A DNA stretch of 63,974 bases. Source: Rhina ancylostomus (Eukaryota). The notes beneath the pieces were generated by a model. It was given only the letters and a program-made list of their open reading frames with translations. It ran no database searches and had not been told where the DNA came from. The DNA is taken from the NCBI GenBank assembly GCA_030265395.1, contig JARFYF010000112.1, positions 66,156,765 through 66,220,738 of the forward strand, read 5' to 3'. Within the stretch, counting starts at the first letter, position 1; every line of letters begins with the position of its first letter. Positions 38,901-52,830 of this stretch are shown here, piece after piece. Made by a program: the position numbers and the translations under genes.

Positions 38901-39689
38901 ACACAAGACTGTAACTTGAAAGGGAAATTGTAAATAAAGTGTAATCCAAATTCCTCTTCTCTGTGGATAAGGATCCAGCTTTCCCATTCTTACATTCCTT
39001 CGAGATTATTCGAAAAGCATCACTGGTTTTTGGGCATTGGTGATGAATCTAGATTTTCTTTTGCTAAATTCATTACACTAATCAGGATTCTGTAGTTGAG
39101 TTTAAGTACATTGTTCTTCAGTGATTCAGATATATTTTTGAAAATGCAACTGAGTTTTGTTCTGTGCAGTATCCACTGGATATTGCGTAGGAGCAAAATG
39201 TAGGCTCTTCCTTGGGTTGTCCTGTGAATTTGCCTCATAAGGCACAGATATCAGTGACTGAATCTGGAATCTTCCTCACCTATATGATTCTGTGCATTTA
39301 CATTGTAAGCCATTGGGATTGCTCCTCAGTCACCAGTAGTGTTTGCATGTTGATGTTATTGTCATGGGCACAAGTAAGGTGAAGTACTGGTATAATGAAA
39401 AACTTAGACAATGATAACATACCAAGGATTGAGTATTCATCTGTAAGTGCAAGGTTTCTGTGTGCTACAGAGAAACTGAATCAAAATGTGATTGGGATCT
39501 ATGCACAGCAGTTAGTAACTACCAACATTTGTTCCCCTTTCCTCCCCCCCCTGCCCCCGGGTGTACAACATGTACATGCATGGAACATAAATGGTGGTGC
39601 CAATCAGCATGCAGTGTGGGTGGGTTAGGATGAAAGATGTGATTTCAAAGGTATGATTGGGTAAAGGTGTTTTGATGCCATGTGCAAAA

Positions 39690-39985
39690 GCCATTTGAAC
39701 ATTGAAAGGGCATGATGATGAGATCAGGGAGGGGTATGCTGATATTCTAGGGCATGTTGATATCAAGAAGGTGGTGGTGTTGGGACTCTCAACTATTCAG
39801 GTGGATACGTCCCAGTGCTTGGTGGGATCAATCCCAGGTTAATGAGAGGGGCAAGAAAGGAGATTGCTGGAGTCTTGACAGATCTTTGGCTTAGGCAAGG
39901 CCCCAGAGGATTGGAGAACAGTCAGTGTTAATTAGTTTAAGAAGGACATTAGGGATAATCCAGCAAATTAGAGGCTGGTGAACAA
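39690..39985 (+). mobile_element. CR1 ORF2 fragment
   Basis: GCAAGAAAGGAGATTGCTGGAG (AR.EIAG), CCAGAGGATTGGAGAAC (PEDWR), GGGATAATCCAGCAAATT (RDNP.N). Confidence 0.7.
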
Positions 39986-42900
39986 CAAATACTGGAAAGA
40001 ATAGATTCAAATGAATGAACACTGTTGACCTTTTACCTTTTTCATTCTATGCATTTTTACTATAGAGAACTTGAAGAGGCTGATTTAATCCTGTTGTTAT
40101 TTAGCTACTTGGTTTTACCATTCTTTCCTTCATTCACTTTACAGCTTGCATCATAATAGTGAGTTAAAACATTCTGTGGTGTGAGTGGCCCTGTGCAGTT
40201 TGTGGTTGATTACTTTAAATGTCTCCTAGAGGAAGGAGGCTTCTAGTAATAAATATGACCTCATCCTATTCAAGTGGCTGATGGAGAATTAGGAAATATG
40301 ACTGATCCCATTCTTTATCTGGAAAGAGGGAAGGAATGGGTTACTTCAAATCTGTGTAGGTACAATGCACATACTGGCTGTGGCCACACTACAGTGCAGT
40401 CATGTCACTGTCCTTTCTGTTCATCAGCAGACTGAGATGTGGCAGAGATCAACAGCAGGATCAGCAGTTCTGGAATGATCCAGAGGTTGGGAAGCTGAGA
40501 ATATCCATGACCTTGACCTCCATAGCCAAAGCAGTTTAAGCACAAGCACATGAGAATGTGCTTGAGGTCATAGACCATAGGAAACAGAAGGAATAAAATT
40601 TGAGTGTTGTCTGTTTAAATAGCAGAGCTTCAAAGGAACCCAAGTTAGTAAAACCCAGTGTAAGAACTCTTTTAAGCAGAGTGAGGTTGAAAAATCTCAC
40701 TGCAGGCTACTGATAACATAACTTGGGGGCATTTTGCATCTGGTAGAAAAAAAATGACAAGGCATGAAACATTAACTGCCAAAAAATTGGGAGTTGAATT
40801 TTCTGATGGGAATGAAGGTATTTTAAAGGGGCATGGTGTTGCTATACCATCTTCAGCTAATTTGTAAAGTGCAGTCAAGTTTTTTTGCTGGTGTATAAGG
40901 GAACTTCTGGTTGAATATTGGAAGGTCTCCCTGCAGATGTGCAGACACATAATCTTATGAAGTAGAGGCCAATACTGGTTTAATTTCTTTGTGTGACTGT
41001 GACTTTCATTACAGTGTGCTCAGTTGCAATGACTGGAGGTTGCATTGGAGTGAGAAGCCAAGTAAGGCATCTCCAAAAAGCCATCATCTATCTATTAGAT
41101 GGTGTGTGCCCAGAAATGTATTGAGCATCTAGGACTATGTTAGAATGTGGGATCAATCTATGAACATGCATTGCACTGACCATGTGGAGCTTCCTCTGGT
41201 CGATCAAAACCTGAATGTTAAGAGATTCATGAGTAGCTCTTGGTTCAGATGGGAATTCTGACTGCAATCCATGAAAAACTTAACCTTGGGGAAAGCCTCC
41301 AATGGAAAATCCATGTGCTGGTATCTCCGCTGAAGGAAAAAAAAATTATGAAGAGACCAGGACAAAATAGAACTTCAGTGATCTCTGTATTGTGGAAGCG
41401 AGCAGCAAACTGAGAGGTGTGGCAGAGTTCAGCTGCAATCTCTGAGTGATCCAGATCTTTGCCCTCCTCTGGGAAAGGTATTCAGGCATGGGTGTGAGCC
41501 TTCAGTTCACAGAACTCTGCAATGACCATTTTGGTGAACCTTGGTCTCCATAGACACTGCTCTATGAACATGGGTCCTTGTAGAATCTAGGGTAGAATGA
41601 GACCACCTGTGCCTCCTCTCTCAGGGTCTGTCTCAATGCATCTGTCTCTTATGCTTGTGCTGCATTTCCAAGTTTCAGCAAGTCCAGTGATAATACTGTT
41701 GTTAGTGGTATCTAAATTCTAAGCTGGCAGAGGATCTTGGTAGAGTTCTCAGTGGTGTTCAGTTAGTTTCAGAATGAACAGCTGGTCTCCTGTGTTCTAC
41801 AGCAGCTGCAGGTGAGAATGTGAGTGGCCCTTTAAATTGCTAAGCTACCGAACAGACAGCACTATGAAAAGCTGGTTGGTTTATGAGTGATCAACAAAAA
41901 GCAAGATTTGGAAAAACTTCACAGAATTTCACAAAACAATAGCATTTTTTTTAATGTGTAACTTTTGAATGATATCTCTGGATGTACATCTAGTGCCAGA
42001 AATACGTCATCCATGCAGATGTACAGTCGGAATAGGAGTAGGCTATTGTCCCCGTGAACCTGTTTAAGTATTAAATGAGATCATGGCTGAGCTAAAGCCA
42101 TATATCTGCACTATCTTTTGGGTTGCTTGCTTCCATAAAGAGAATGTACTGTATACAAGTTTGAAAAGTTCTGACAGTGAGGGAGTCATTTCCATGCTGA
42201 AGAGAAGGGGATTTTGTGGAAAAAGTGATCAGTTTTTGCACAGTTTCAAATAGATCAAAAGTTATTTCAGAAAAGGTCTGGGAAAAATTGAGGAAATGGT
42301 GATCAAATCTCATCATGTTGCCTAAACGACTGCACTCAGAAAATCTGAAGTGAATTCATCAGTGCTACAAAATATTCCATATACTTGGAAGTATTTGTGC
42401 AAGAAATGATTAGGTCAGGACATTGGCTGTTCCCCAGTGGAAGGCCTATTTAGCTGTATACTCTAATCTTTTTATTGAAGTTCTGAAACCTTTGCAAGGA
42501 TGCAACACTTTTTTTAGATGAGGATAAAAGTGATTCATAAACATTTCATTTCTGCATTTTATCCTGGATCATGTTTGGCTCATGCAACATCCTATCCTGG
42601 CTAACCTATGTTCATTCTTAGTGCCCCATATTTAAACCTTTTCTTGACTGTATTTCAGTCTCTGTAATGTCGTCTAATCATGCCAGCACCTTAATACAAG
42701 TACTCGGTTCCTCTTGTATATTGCCCTCATGTTTCCTATTTGTTAGTGGTCATAATTTCAGCCCATGCTCTGAAATTAATGCATTTTATTTCCATATCAT
42801 CACCTGCCACTTCTGGTCATCCCAGCAAGCTCTCTCCTTTTGGCTTGGCATCTTTATTTCCTTATGTTTTACATAAATTCAAATTGTTCTTGTGGCAGTA

Positions 42901-43619
42901 CATTAAGGGGCTTAAAATACTTGAGCACAGCTTTTTGCGAAGCCATTCGTTCTTTGCGAAATATTTACTCAAAACTTAATGATTTGTCACATCTCCGGGT
43001 CAAGTTGCATTTGATAAAATGATTAAAGCATTTCCTTCATCAGCCTAGTCTGCAAAAGTTGCATGGCATCCCTATTGCCATGGTTAGATATTCAGAGCAG
43101 TCACTGTACTGTGAGCTGTCAGAACGCCAAATGTAGCTGTGCAGGGTGGGGAGTCTTGCAGCTGGCATAGTTTTAACATGTGGCTTGACATGCAGAAAGA
43201 CAGTTTTTTCCAATGTTCCTTGTGCCAAAGAATTACTTTGGTAAGGTACATTTGCTGCACTAATTGTTGGGCAGTTATTGATGATGTGTGCATCTGACAA
43301 TTTCAAATTCAGCTGCAGAGTAAATGGAGGATCATATGGTTTTTATGTCATTGAGGCTTGAGTGTAGCCTGGCCACCCTGTCTCCCTGATAAACTTTGTA
43401 TAGTTCTTGTTGCAATCTTGATTTCCAAGCAACTGTCAACTGACCAACTTAGCAGCACTTTGAAACCTGCTGGCAAGAAGCAAGTAAAACAGGGATCTCA
43501 AATCCTGCCTGCTGTTTAATGCCGTTTAAAATTTCATTTCAGCGATATACCAAAGCAGCTATGTTATTCCATTTAACCAATACTGGAATTGCCGATTGCT
43601 ACCTTAACTTGGCAGGTCT

Positions 43620-43842
43620 TTATAGTTATACAGCATGGTAACAGGCCCTTCCAGCCCAGCAAGCCCTCACCATCCAATTAGACTCATGTTAACCTCCTAA
43701 CCTGTAGCTCTTTGGAATGTGGGAGGAAACCCACACAGTCATGGGGAGAATATACAAACTCCTACAGATAGCAGAAGGAATTGAACCCCAATTGCTGGCA
43801 CTGTAATAGTGTTATGCTAACTACTCTGCTGATGTGCCACCC
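43620..43842 (-). mobile_element. V-SINE
   Basis: TTTGGAATGTGGGAGGAAACCCACAC...GGGAGAATATACAAACTCC...GGAATTGAACCC...TATGCTAAC, same family as 12186-12422. Confidence 0.85.
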
Positions 43843-44899
43843 TGGTGGTCTGGCAGACTGTAACAAGCTGTGCTCTTCTTGAGCTAGAAGTCCACGTGAA
43901 TTGGTGTTTGCTTTTGTCAATAATGCATTACTTATTTGCAGTTACGTTGTACTCTCCATTATCCCTTTTCAATGTTTTCTGCCTTCTCTGGTCTCTTGGA
44001 AATCGCAGACTTTGCTACTCAGAGGGGAGTGAGGCAGAGTCCCCTACGTCAACAGAGCAGCAGCATGTATTTATGAATTGTTAATATAGTGGAAGATCCT
44101 GAGGTGTATAAAAGGAGCATTATCAAACAACCTTTGAGCCACAAACTAAGGAACTAGGACAGGCATCCTTAAGCTTGGCCAAAGGATTAGTTTATAAAGA
44201 GCATCTTAAAGGAAATTGCAGTGCAAATGAGAGGCTTAAATTGGATCACTTTGCTTTCTGTTGATTGAAACTCATGGGACTGGAAATTTCTTTCCACAAC
44301 TCCAAAAAGAAAACAGCACTCCCCTGTTGAAAATTGGCAAAACCCCAAAGAGTAATTTTGTACTCATTTCTTTGTGTCTTAGGGCCTGTTTTCAGACTAG
44401 ACTCCGAATTTTTTAGCAGGATTTCATTTGCTTTGACACTTACTTTTCCCTGCCGTGTAATACCCCAGCAAATGATATCAACAGCATTGAAACACAAATT
44501 GGTCATCAGTCAGTATCCCTTGCATAACAAATACACTTCCTGCAAACATTGCCTGTTCAGGTCCCTGTAACTTCCTGGGTGCACTTTCCCACCCACTTCT
44601 GCAAGTGCAGCATCATTAAGTAGTAATGTGCTAAGGGTGTTGCTTCTACAATGGTCTATCTCTATCTCCTGTCTGCAGAGATTCCACCTGCAAGGCTAAG
44701 TACCAGAGATGTGTGAACTTGTAATATATCAATAGGGAATGACATACTGAAACTGACGCAGCGTGTGTTACACAGAGAAACCTGACAGTGCTGTTCTGTG
44801 GATTTCGCAATTAAAGCTCTTGATTTTTGTGATGTCTAAAACACCAGTGGACGACTCAATGCTGTTTCAACATCGTTAAAGAGTAGTGTAGCTATTTTA

Positions 44900-45200
44900 G
44901 TCCAGGGAGTGCGAATCAACATTAAGCTGCCAAAGTGTGACAGTGATGTTACCAGTGATACCGTGCTCTGTTGGGTAGAATTCTGAAATGCAAGGAGGCA
45001 GCAGTGGTGATCTGATGAGCACAGCATTGTTTTAGGCCACAAGTCTGAGATGTTTTTCCTTGTTGTTTGCTGTGTTTTCAGGAAGTTGGAACAATTTAGT
45101 AGAAGAAAAGATTGGGAAGCACACATTTGGAGAACAAATTCCTGTACCTCAATCCTCAAATGTCTAGATATGTCCATGGGGCATACTTGTGGCTAACCTT
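44900..45200 (-). mobile_element. Old LINE APE-endonuclease remnant
   Basis: QQTTRKNISDL (~PTR..NILDL) followed by LCSSDHH (~LG.SDH). Confidence 0.5.
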
Positions 45201-45329
45201 CAGAATGTCCAAGTATGTGTGTTGCATATGAGCCCAGCTGGTAGGTAAACACTTGGGTTGGCAAGCAAAGAAGGCAGGTGCAAGGTGATTGGTAAAGGAA
45301 CCAGAGTGGAGCTGATACTATTTTTTTCC

Positions 45330-45550
45330 TAGTAAGATGCACCTTGGAATAAAGTATCTGAAGGGTTATGGAAGCAGATTCATTAGAAACTTTCAAATGG
45401 GAATTGGACAAATATTGAAGGGATCTATTTGCAGGTCTGTGCAAAAGAAGTAGGGAAACCGGACCAATTGGATGGTGTTTTTTTTCCCCAAAGACCTAAC
45501 ACAGGCACAATGAGTCAAATGGCTGCCTAAAGGGCTTATGATCCTGTTAG
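45330..45550 (+). mobile_element. CR1 3' end fragment
   Basis: GTTATGGAAGCAGATTCATTAGAAACTTTCAAATGGGAATTGGACAAATAT (V.EADSL.TFK.ELDKY) plus a 3' UTR-like CAAATGGCTGCCT. Confidence 0.65.
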
Positions 45551-48500
45551 TTTTCCATGTATCCTGCAATAGCTCCATTCCAAATGCTCTGGAACATCAG
45601 ACCAGCCAATTTGCAATGTCTGACCCCACCAACATAATATGCGGGAAAATGTTCTTGAGCGGCATGTAATTTGGTTTCCTGGGTTTGGGCGGCTCCTGAA
45701 CAGATATGAAGTCACACTTCCTTCTTGTTATTTACAGTGGAGACTTTCCAGGCCACTCCCTCTAATACTGTTACAAGGTTGGCCTGAAAGGGAGCATTCA
45801 TTGCATTCAGGTTTACGTATTGCCGGTAATACTGATGGGTTAATGGATGGCAACTACCTAAAATCTAATAAAATAATAATGGACTCGCAGGAAAAAAAAG
45901 AGAAAATCATGAAAAGAAATTGTAAAGGAAGTACTTTTTAAAAGATTTTCCTTGGGTTGATAAAATACAATTACTAATAAATTTATTAGATTTGTCATTA
46001 TTTTGCATGATTTAGATTTTTAATGTTCATGGAATTGAAACTGGTATAATTACATTACTTCAATTACCCGAATCTTCATCTGGCAATTTCGCTATTATCT
46101 GTTTAACTGGGTGGAATTATGGGATTCCCAAGCAAAGTGGATGTTCTGAGCTACAGTACAACTGATCACTGTTGCTTTGCTTACTTGCACCCCACTGCTG
46201 GACTTGATTGTGGAATCCAATAAGGGGAATGGAAATCAGCCCACTATGCAGGGGCACAGTGATTTCATCAGGAAGAAATTGCTACAGTCAACTACAAATT
46301 AACTTCCTTTTTGATTTAATATTGAATCAATTTAAGTGTTTTCCTGAATTGTGCTGTAGTTTTCTATGTTTTCTATTCAATATTTTAATTTGTTTAATTT
46401 ATTTTTATTAATGTAATACAATGGCCAAACTATTTGACAGTGGGTAAGCTGGGGAGAGGGCTTCACCAACGGTCAAAGCAATTCTTGGGGGCAGGGCCCA
46501 TCTGTTGCAGAGGTGCTGCATTGCACTGGGCCGTGTCTATCAACTGGGAACCAGCTTGCCAGAGGAAGACTGCACCTGGAAACCTCCTCTATGGGCTTCA
46601 AGGATGTGACTGGTCAGGTTGGGTGGGTTGCTGGTCAGCAGAATATGCAGGCCATTGTGTTTCAAAATAAAATACACATTTTAAAAAGTGCATTGAATAA
46701 ATCAAATTATTTTTCTGTTTGATGTTCCTATTGACTTACTACATGTTTACTGAGAGCATCCATTCACTACGTGTAGATGAGAAGTTTATTTTCACCCTGT
46801 TTGACTCATACCCATTATGTGGGAATATTAGGGGGATGTTATTGAAGTACAACTCTTGATCCAAGTCACCCACCTTGTTATTTATTGTCTGGAATGTAAA
46901 AAGCTGCTTAAGGTCTAAGTTGTATTTACAATTAGGTTAGTTCCCAGTAACGCATTTTTCAGTTGGGCAGAGTATTTGCTGCACTCTGTGGCAATCCCTT
47001 TTCTCATGGGTAGACTAGCTGACTGTTCCATACTGGACATCTACAGAGAGGCCTTTGTAAAGTGCCTGATGCATGCAGCAGGCTGCTTTTGATGGGGGGG
47101 AAAGCTATAATGAAGCTTCCAGTTTTTATAGTAGAAAATTTCTGTGTCTGTGTACATCTCGAATGGTTTGGACTGATTTGACCTGTTTCTCTGGTACAGT
47201 TCAGGTCTTTTTTTTTAAAGACCCACACCCTCTTCAGCAGCACCTGTGAAAAGCATACAGTGCAATTTTTCAGTTCTCCTTCAATAAGTTCATACCCTTT
47301 TCTCGTTACCTTGGCAACCATTGGCTCGCTGTCAAATGAGAAAATGATCCATGGGATTGGACACCAAATCTGACCTCACGTACAGGAGGGGCACTATATA
47401 TTTGGAAATAAGTACAGTNNNNNNNNNNNNNNNNNNNNNNNNNNNNNNNNNNNNNNNNNNNNNNNNNNNNNNNNNNNNNNNNNNNNNNNNNNNNNNNNNN
47501 NNNNNNNNNNNNNNNNNNNNNNNNNNNNNNNNNNNNNNNNNNNNNNNNNNNNNNNNNNNNNNNNNNNNNNNNNNNNNNNNNNNNNNNNNNNNNNNNNNNN
47601 NNNNNNNNNNNNNNNNNNNNNNNNNNNNNNNNNNNNNNNNNNNNNNNNNNNNNNNNNNNNNNNNNNNNNNNNNNNNNNNNNNNNNNNNNNNNNNNNNNNN
47701 NNNNNNNNNNNNNNNNNNNNNNNNNNNNNNNNNNNNNNNNNNNNNNNNNNNNNNNNNNNNNNNNNNNNNNNNNNNNNNNNNNNNNNNNNNNNNNNNNNNN
47801 NNNNNNNNNNNNNNNNNNNNNNNNNNNNNNNNNNNNNNNNNNNNNNNNNNNNNNNNNNNNNNNNNNNNNNNNNNNNNNNNNNNNNNNNNNNNNNNNNNNN
47901 NNNNNNNNNNNNNNNNNNNNNNNNNNNNNNNNNNNNNNNNNNNNNNNNNNNNNNNNNNNNNNNNNNNNNNNNNNNNNNNNNNNNNNNNNNNNNNNNNNNN
48001 NNNNNNNNNNNNNNNNNNNNNNNNNNNNNNNNNNNNNNNNNNNNNNNNNNNNNNNNNNNNNNNNNNNNNNNNNNNNNNNNNNNNNNNNNNNNNNNNNNNN
48101 NNNNNNNNNNNNNNNNNNNNNNNNNNNNNNNNNNNNNNNNNNNNNNNNNNNNNNNNNNNNNNNNNNNNNNNNNNNNNNNNNNNNNNNNNNNNNNNNNNNN
48201 NNNNNNNNNNNGGAGTGGTGGAAATGTTTTAGTTAAATTTTGTTAGCCCTAAGGCACTGGGACCAGTTCTCGTGCTGTTATTCCTATTCCAGCTGATATC
48301 CATCAACTCGGTGGAAACCTGTTATCTGCATGACTTTATGGTACAATATTGAATGCTGGGTTTGATGTTAACTGCAGACTGAAGGAACTCCTCAGACAGA
48401 AGAAATCTTCAGCCAGTATCCAGTTCTTTAGCCAATTACCCTCTTGTTTCACTAGCATGATACATGTTGCTTGTAGTCACCATTTGATTAACCAAATTAA

Positions 48501-48789
48501 ATAAAGTCTAAATGTACTTTCTCTCTTGGATAGTTAAGGGGTTAGTTTCTGAATTAATGATCAAGGTCTTAAATAGGCTTGTTGCAGAATGAACACTGGT
48601 AAACTTCAATTTGAAGCTGAGGTAAACTATTAAAAATTCCTTCCCTGTGTTAACAAGCCATGAAAATTAATTTTCTGCCCATTGTGGGAAATTGGACCTG
48701 ACTCTTGCCTTTATTTTAAAAATCATTACATTACTGGCAAGTTACATTTTTTGCAAATAATAAAGTAAATGTCAAATATTACTTGAAAT

Positions 48790-49270
48790 GCAAACAGAAA
48801 ATGCTTGATATACTCAGAACGATTGGTGAAATCTGCAGAGAGAACAGTTAACATTTCAGACAGATGACCTGCTTTTGAGTATAATTTTATCTGTTTTAGA
48901 TGCAGTGTGTAATAATTCAAAAGAATGGCTTCCACCTATCACCTCCATCATTCCCCCTTTTTCCCTCACCCCACCCNNNNNNNNNNNNNNNNNNNNNNNN
49001 NNNNNNNNNNNNNNNNNNNNNNNNNNNNNCCCCTCTTTTTTACCCCCTCCCCCCACGGCACCTGGATCCACCTATCACCTGCCAGCCCTTGCCCCATTCT
49101 TCCCTCCACTGTTTAATACTGGCCACCTCCTCTATCTTTCAGTCCACATGAAGGATCTTGACCCAAAACATCAACTATCCATCTCCCTCCATAGATGCTG
49201 CCTGACCTGCTGAGTTCCTCCACTGCTTCCTGTGTTGTTGCAGATTCCAGCATGTGCAGTGTCTCATGTC
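48790..49270 (+). mobile_element. Penelope-like 3' terminal region with an inverted arm
   Basis: 48930-49270 is the + strand equivalent of 5378-5700 (CCTGGATCCACCTATCACCTGCCAG...GATGCTGCCTGACCTGCTGAGTTCCTCC). 48790-48870 is an inverted related arm. Confidence 0.75.
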
Positions 49271-50649
49271 CATATAATTTAAGATGTCAAGTCTGCTGCA
49301 CCATCTGAAGTCCTACTTTTTGAAAAGGATATTCAACTATTTGCCTTCTCAGGGACCCACAGCACTTTTGAAATAATGCAAAAAGTTGTGACGTGGCCAA
49401 ACTTTGCAAGTCTAGCAATTTCAGTAAAGTGGATAAAAATGTGCAATCCTGGAAACACTCAACTGGTCAAACAGCATCTGTGGAAAGAAAAACAGTTAAT
49501 ATTTCAGGTTGATGACTATTGCCACTCTTCCAACAGTCTGATTCAAAACTATTAAGAGCCAATGATCTAGAATTTCCTTTGGTTTAATTTCAGCAAAATG
49601 GAGACTGCTAACTCGGGCTCCTGCCAAACTTTTTGTGTCTCAGGCCTTAGTTCTGTTATGCTTGATGCCTAATACCTCGAAGCCAGAATGCAGCACTGGC
49701 CCATGATGGTCTGTGTAATGTCAAATAGTGTTAGTATTATGCCATACTTGAATATTGTATTGCTTCAGGAGATTAGTACCAAATGCCATTTAATAAGGGA
49801 TGTGAGAATTTTTCCTCCTCTGTCCCAGACAACTTTTATTGAAATGTAGTTTCTCAGGAAATCTTTTGCATGGTGGTGGTCTTTTCTGCACTAGATGTTG
49901 GATGACATAATAATACAATAATGTGATTTTCTCTCTAATACACATGACTGTGTCCATGACTGGACACATGCTGCCATGATTAGCACCTTCCCAAATGACC
50001 AGATTCCCTTACACTATCTGTCATATTGTGAAATTGCAGTTGACCCCCACCTTATGGGTATTCTGGTAATGGAAATTTGCCCTTGCATATTATACAAATC
50101 ACTGCCCAAAAGTTTGAGATACGGGATAAAATTCACTCTCATGGAACTTGTAAGGGGAAAAAAGTAAATAAACACACAATACATTTAAAAATAAACACAC
50201 TTAACACAAGCACTGATAATGTACCCTCACGTTACAGAAAATCATGTACTGATTCTTTGCAATGCACCCTCCCCTGTAACATGGCTGTTGCCTGCAAACT
50301 GAGATCTATATTGTAGGGCATAAGTATACTATATTGTAGTATTCATCACTAATACAAGGAGAATACAGTGTGTCATTGGTGAGAACACATGGCACGAGAC
50401 TGGAAGATCAAATTATTGAACTGTGGTTCTTAATCTAGAAGTCTACTTAGCAAACAAGACATAATCATGGTAAAGAAAATGTAGATTCTATTGAAGATTC
50501 AGGTACTGAATTTGAAGGGAAAATAACACTTGGTGTGGTGATTGTGGAGAAATGGCTGATACTTGCACAATTTCAGCACACACTGGGCTATTGATTTTTC
50601 TATAATAATATCAAGATTTTGCATGTTAAAAATGACTTAAAATGAAGAA

Positions 50650-52830
50650 ATTATGTAAATTAAAGCTCAAGGGGATGAACATTTTATAGTGTGCTTTGTT
50701 TGCTGCTTTCACAAGGACACCAAGAACTCCATAAATGTACTTCCTCCTGCTGCATTAATTCCATACCTCTTTTCCCTAGGACAACTAAGTCGCTGTTTAA
50801 TTGCCTCAAGCATATAATCACAACAGGCACTCTAAAAGCACATAGTTCTTCAATCACATTGGTGGTTGATGCCACCTTCCAGGTCTACAGGCAGTGACTG
50901 GCATTTGATGATGTCTTTGCAAATTGTGGTCCATTATCAGTAACTGGGATGATGACTTTTCAAATCTTGCAAAGGTTATTTGAAGTTTTTTTTCAAATTG
51001 CAGCCAGTTGTAGGTGAAGTACATCCAACCACATCAGTAAAGTAACTGAGATAGCATTGATGATTACTGGCAAAGATCAGCACAAAGCTCCACCCTTGGC
51101 CTAGCCACAATGTCTTACCTAAGAAGAGGTTCTTACTTGGCAAATTTTGATCTACCAAGCAAATACCATATTTTGAAATATGTTGTTTATGCTCTGATGA
51201 TTTTATTTCATAGACCAATAGAGAAAGTCTCACACATGACAATTACAACTTTTGAAACCATTGTACATTGAGCAATGGGCACTAGTTTTTTGTACAACAC
51301 ATCTACCACCATAAGTTGATGTCCTTTTGAATATTATGTTTTCTTGTATAGTTAATAAGTTTTGAAAGTCAAAGTGAGAATGAAGACATTCGGGCACCTC
51401 CAGTTTATTCAATAACAACTTGTAGTTACTCATATCTGGTATCATCTTCGGTTGCATAATAAATGTGTTCACAAACTGCTTCTCTAATTGAAAGTGGTTT
51501 ATAATGGTCAATTTCTTCCAAAACCACAGAATTAATTTTTGGTAAGTATGTCCTGTTCAGTGTATTTGCCAAAATCATCATTTCTACTTTTTATATATTA
51601 CTTTCAAAGGAAAGTTTTGTGATTTTGGCAATGTTCTCTGTAAACTTGTATGTGTATTATTTTGTAATCTGAGAACTTCTTCCAATGGTCGATTTTCTGT
51701 TTCAATGTTCACTATGCCCCATCATAGTTAAATGGTCCTGACCTGTCACAAGCAAATACAATTGTTAGGAGCTCTTTCTTAATTTGTGCATGCCTCATTT
51801 CTTCTCTTGTTAATGCCATAAATGCACAAGGAAAATTTTGTCCATTCTGCGTCATTGTTGCTCCAATTTCCATCTGAGACGTATCACCTTGTAAAAGTTA
51901 ACTTTTCTTTATGATGGTATCTAAAACCCATATTAGACACTACAGCTTCAAATTTTGCAGCACCACTTTTTAAGACGTTCCGCAAAACCACTCTTGTTAA
52001 ATCTCTGAGCATCTTTTCAATGCCTATGTATGAATATTTGAATTCTGAGTGGGAATAGGCTACTCAACTCTCAAGTATGCACAGCCATTTAATGATATCT
52101 GATTGTAACTTCAACTCTACAATTCCATCTATCCTCATGATCTTTCACCTCCTTGCTTCTCAGGAATCTATGTACCTCTGTCTTAATATTCAAAGGGTCT
52201 GCCTCTGGGGCCTTCTGTCCCAAAGACTCATGATCTTATAGGAGAAGAAAATTTACCACATCTCTTACTGAAATGGGCAGCCCCTAATTTTAGATGAAAG
52301 AGAAATTTACTTGGATCTTAGATCCCCACTGCATCAGTCCATGTTGGCATCTCCAAACCTGCTTTAATTATGGCTGTATCTGTCCAAAGTTCATGGCATA
52401 TTGCAGTACGTTCAAAAGAACATGACTTCTTGCCTCTAAAGGTTCTCTGTATTTGGCACCATGCCAAACTTGCTACACTTTTTGACAAATGCATCTCAGT
52501 GTTTCTTGCGGTCTTCAGATGTATCTTCCGCCTTTACTCATAAACCTGCAGCCACAAAGTCATCAGCAATGACCTACCAAGAGGTTTCTGGAAAATAATT
52601 CAAAGTGTCAACTGTTCATTTAAACTTGTTTTGCAATATTCATTTATGACATCTAGAATTGTAAAAATTTCAGCACTCTGTATGTGTGCATCTGTAAGAT
52701 TTATCACCTGGCAGTGGATACTGGAACTGTCCATCTGTGTGAGTAACCGGACATAGCACTTATTAAAGAATATAAAATCTACACTGCCATCCAGATCAGA
52801 AAATAGGATAAGAAACAAACACACAACCTA
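50650..52830 (-). mobile_element. Ty3/Gypsy LTR-retrotransposon pol fossil (RT, RNase H, integrase)
   Basis: In Gypsy order: AEIFTILDV (52648-52674), VIADDF (52556-52573), RNase H LQGDTSQMEIGATMTQNG...LTREEMRHAQIKKELLTIVFACDR (51742-51894), VNIETENRPLE (~51680-51712), EVPECLHSHFDFQNLLTIQENIIFK, and integrase DNGPQF (50921-50938). Confidence 0.85.
52040..52300 (-). mobile_element. CR1-type 3' end nested in the Gypsy fossil
   Basis: GGAATAGGCTACTCAACTCTCAAG...TCTGATTGTAACTTCAACTC...AAATGGGCAGCCCCTAATTTT resembles the CR1 3' ends at 23380-23640. Confidence 0.6.

Noticed and set aside
40145-40158. 14-nt phase 1-to-0 microexon candidate that would restore the KLF frame
   Set aside because: The acceptor is good, but the donor context is weak (ATA|gtgagt) and the peptide ACIII has no KLF similarity. 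Chance occurrence in 23 kb is likely.
41000-41750. Possible Tx1/L1-like RT remnant on the minus strand
   Set aside because: Motif traces are too weak to support without a profile search.
47351-48232. 293-aa ORF, the longest in the track
   Set aside because: Almost entirely an N gap.
51380-51430. Minus-strand KLLLNKLEV resembling the human KLF8 N-terminus (KLINNLEV)
   Set aside because: Wrong strand, and it is explained as part of the Gypsy pol fossil.
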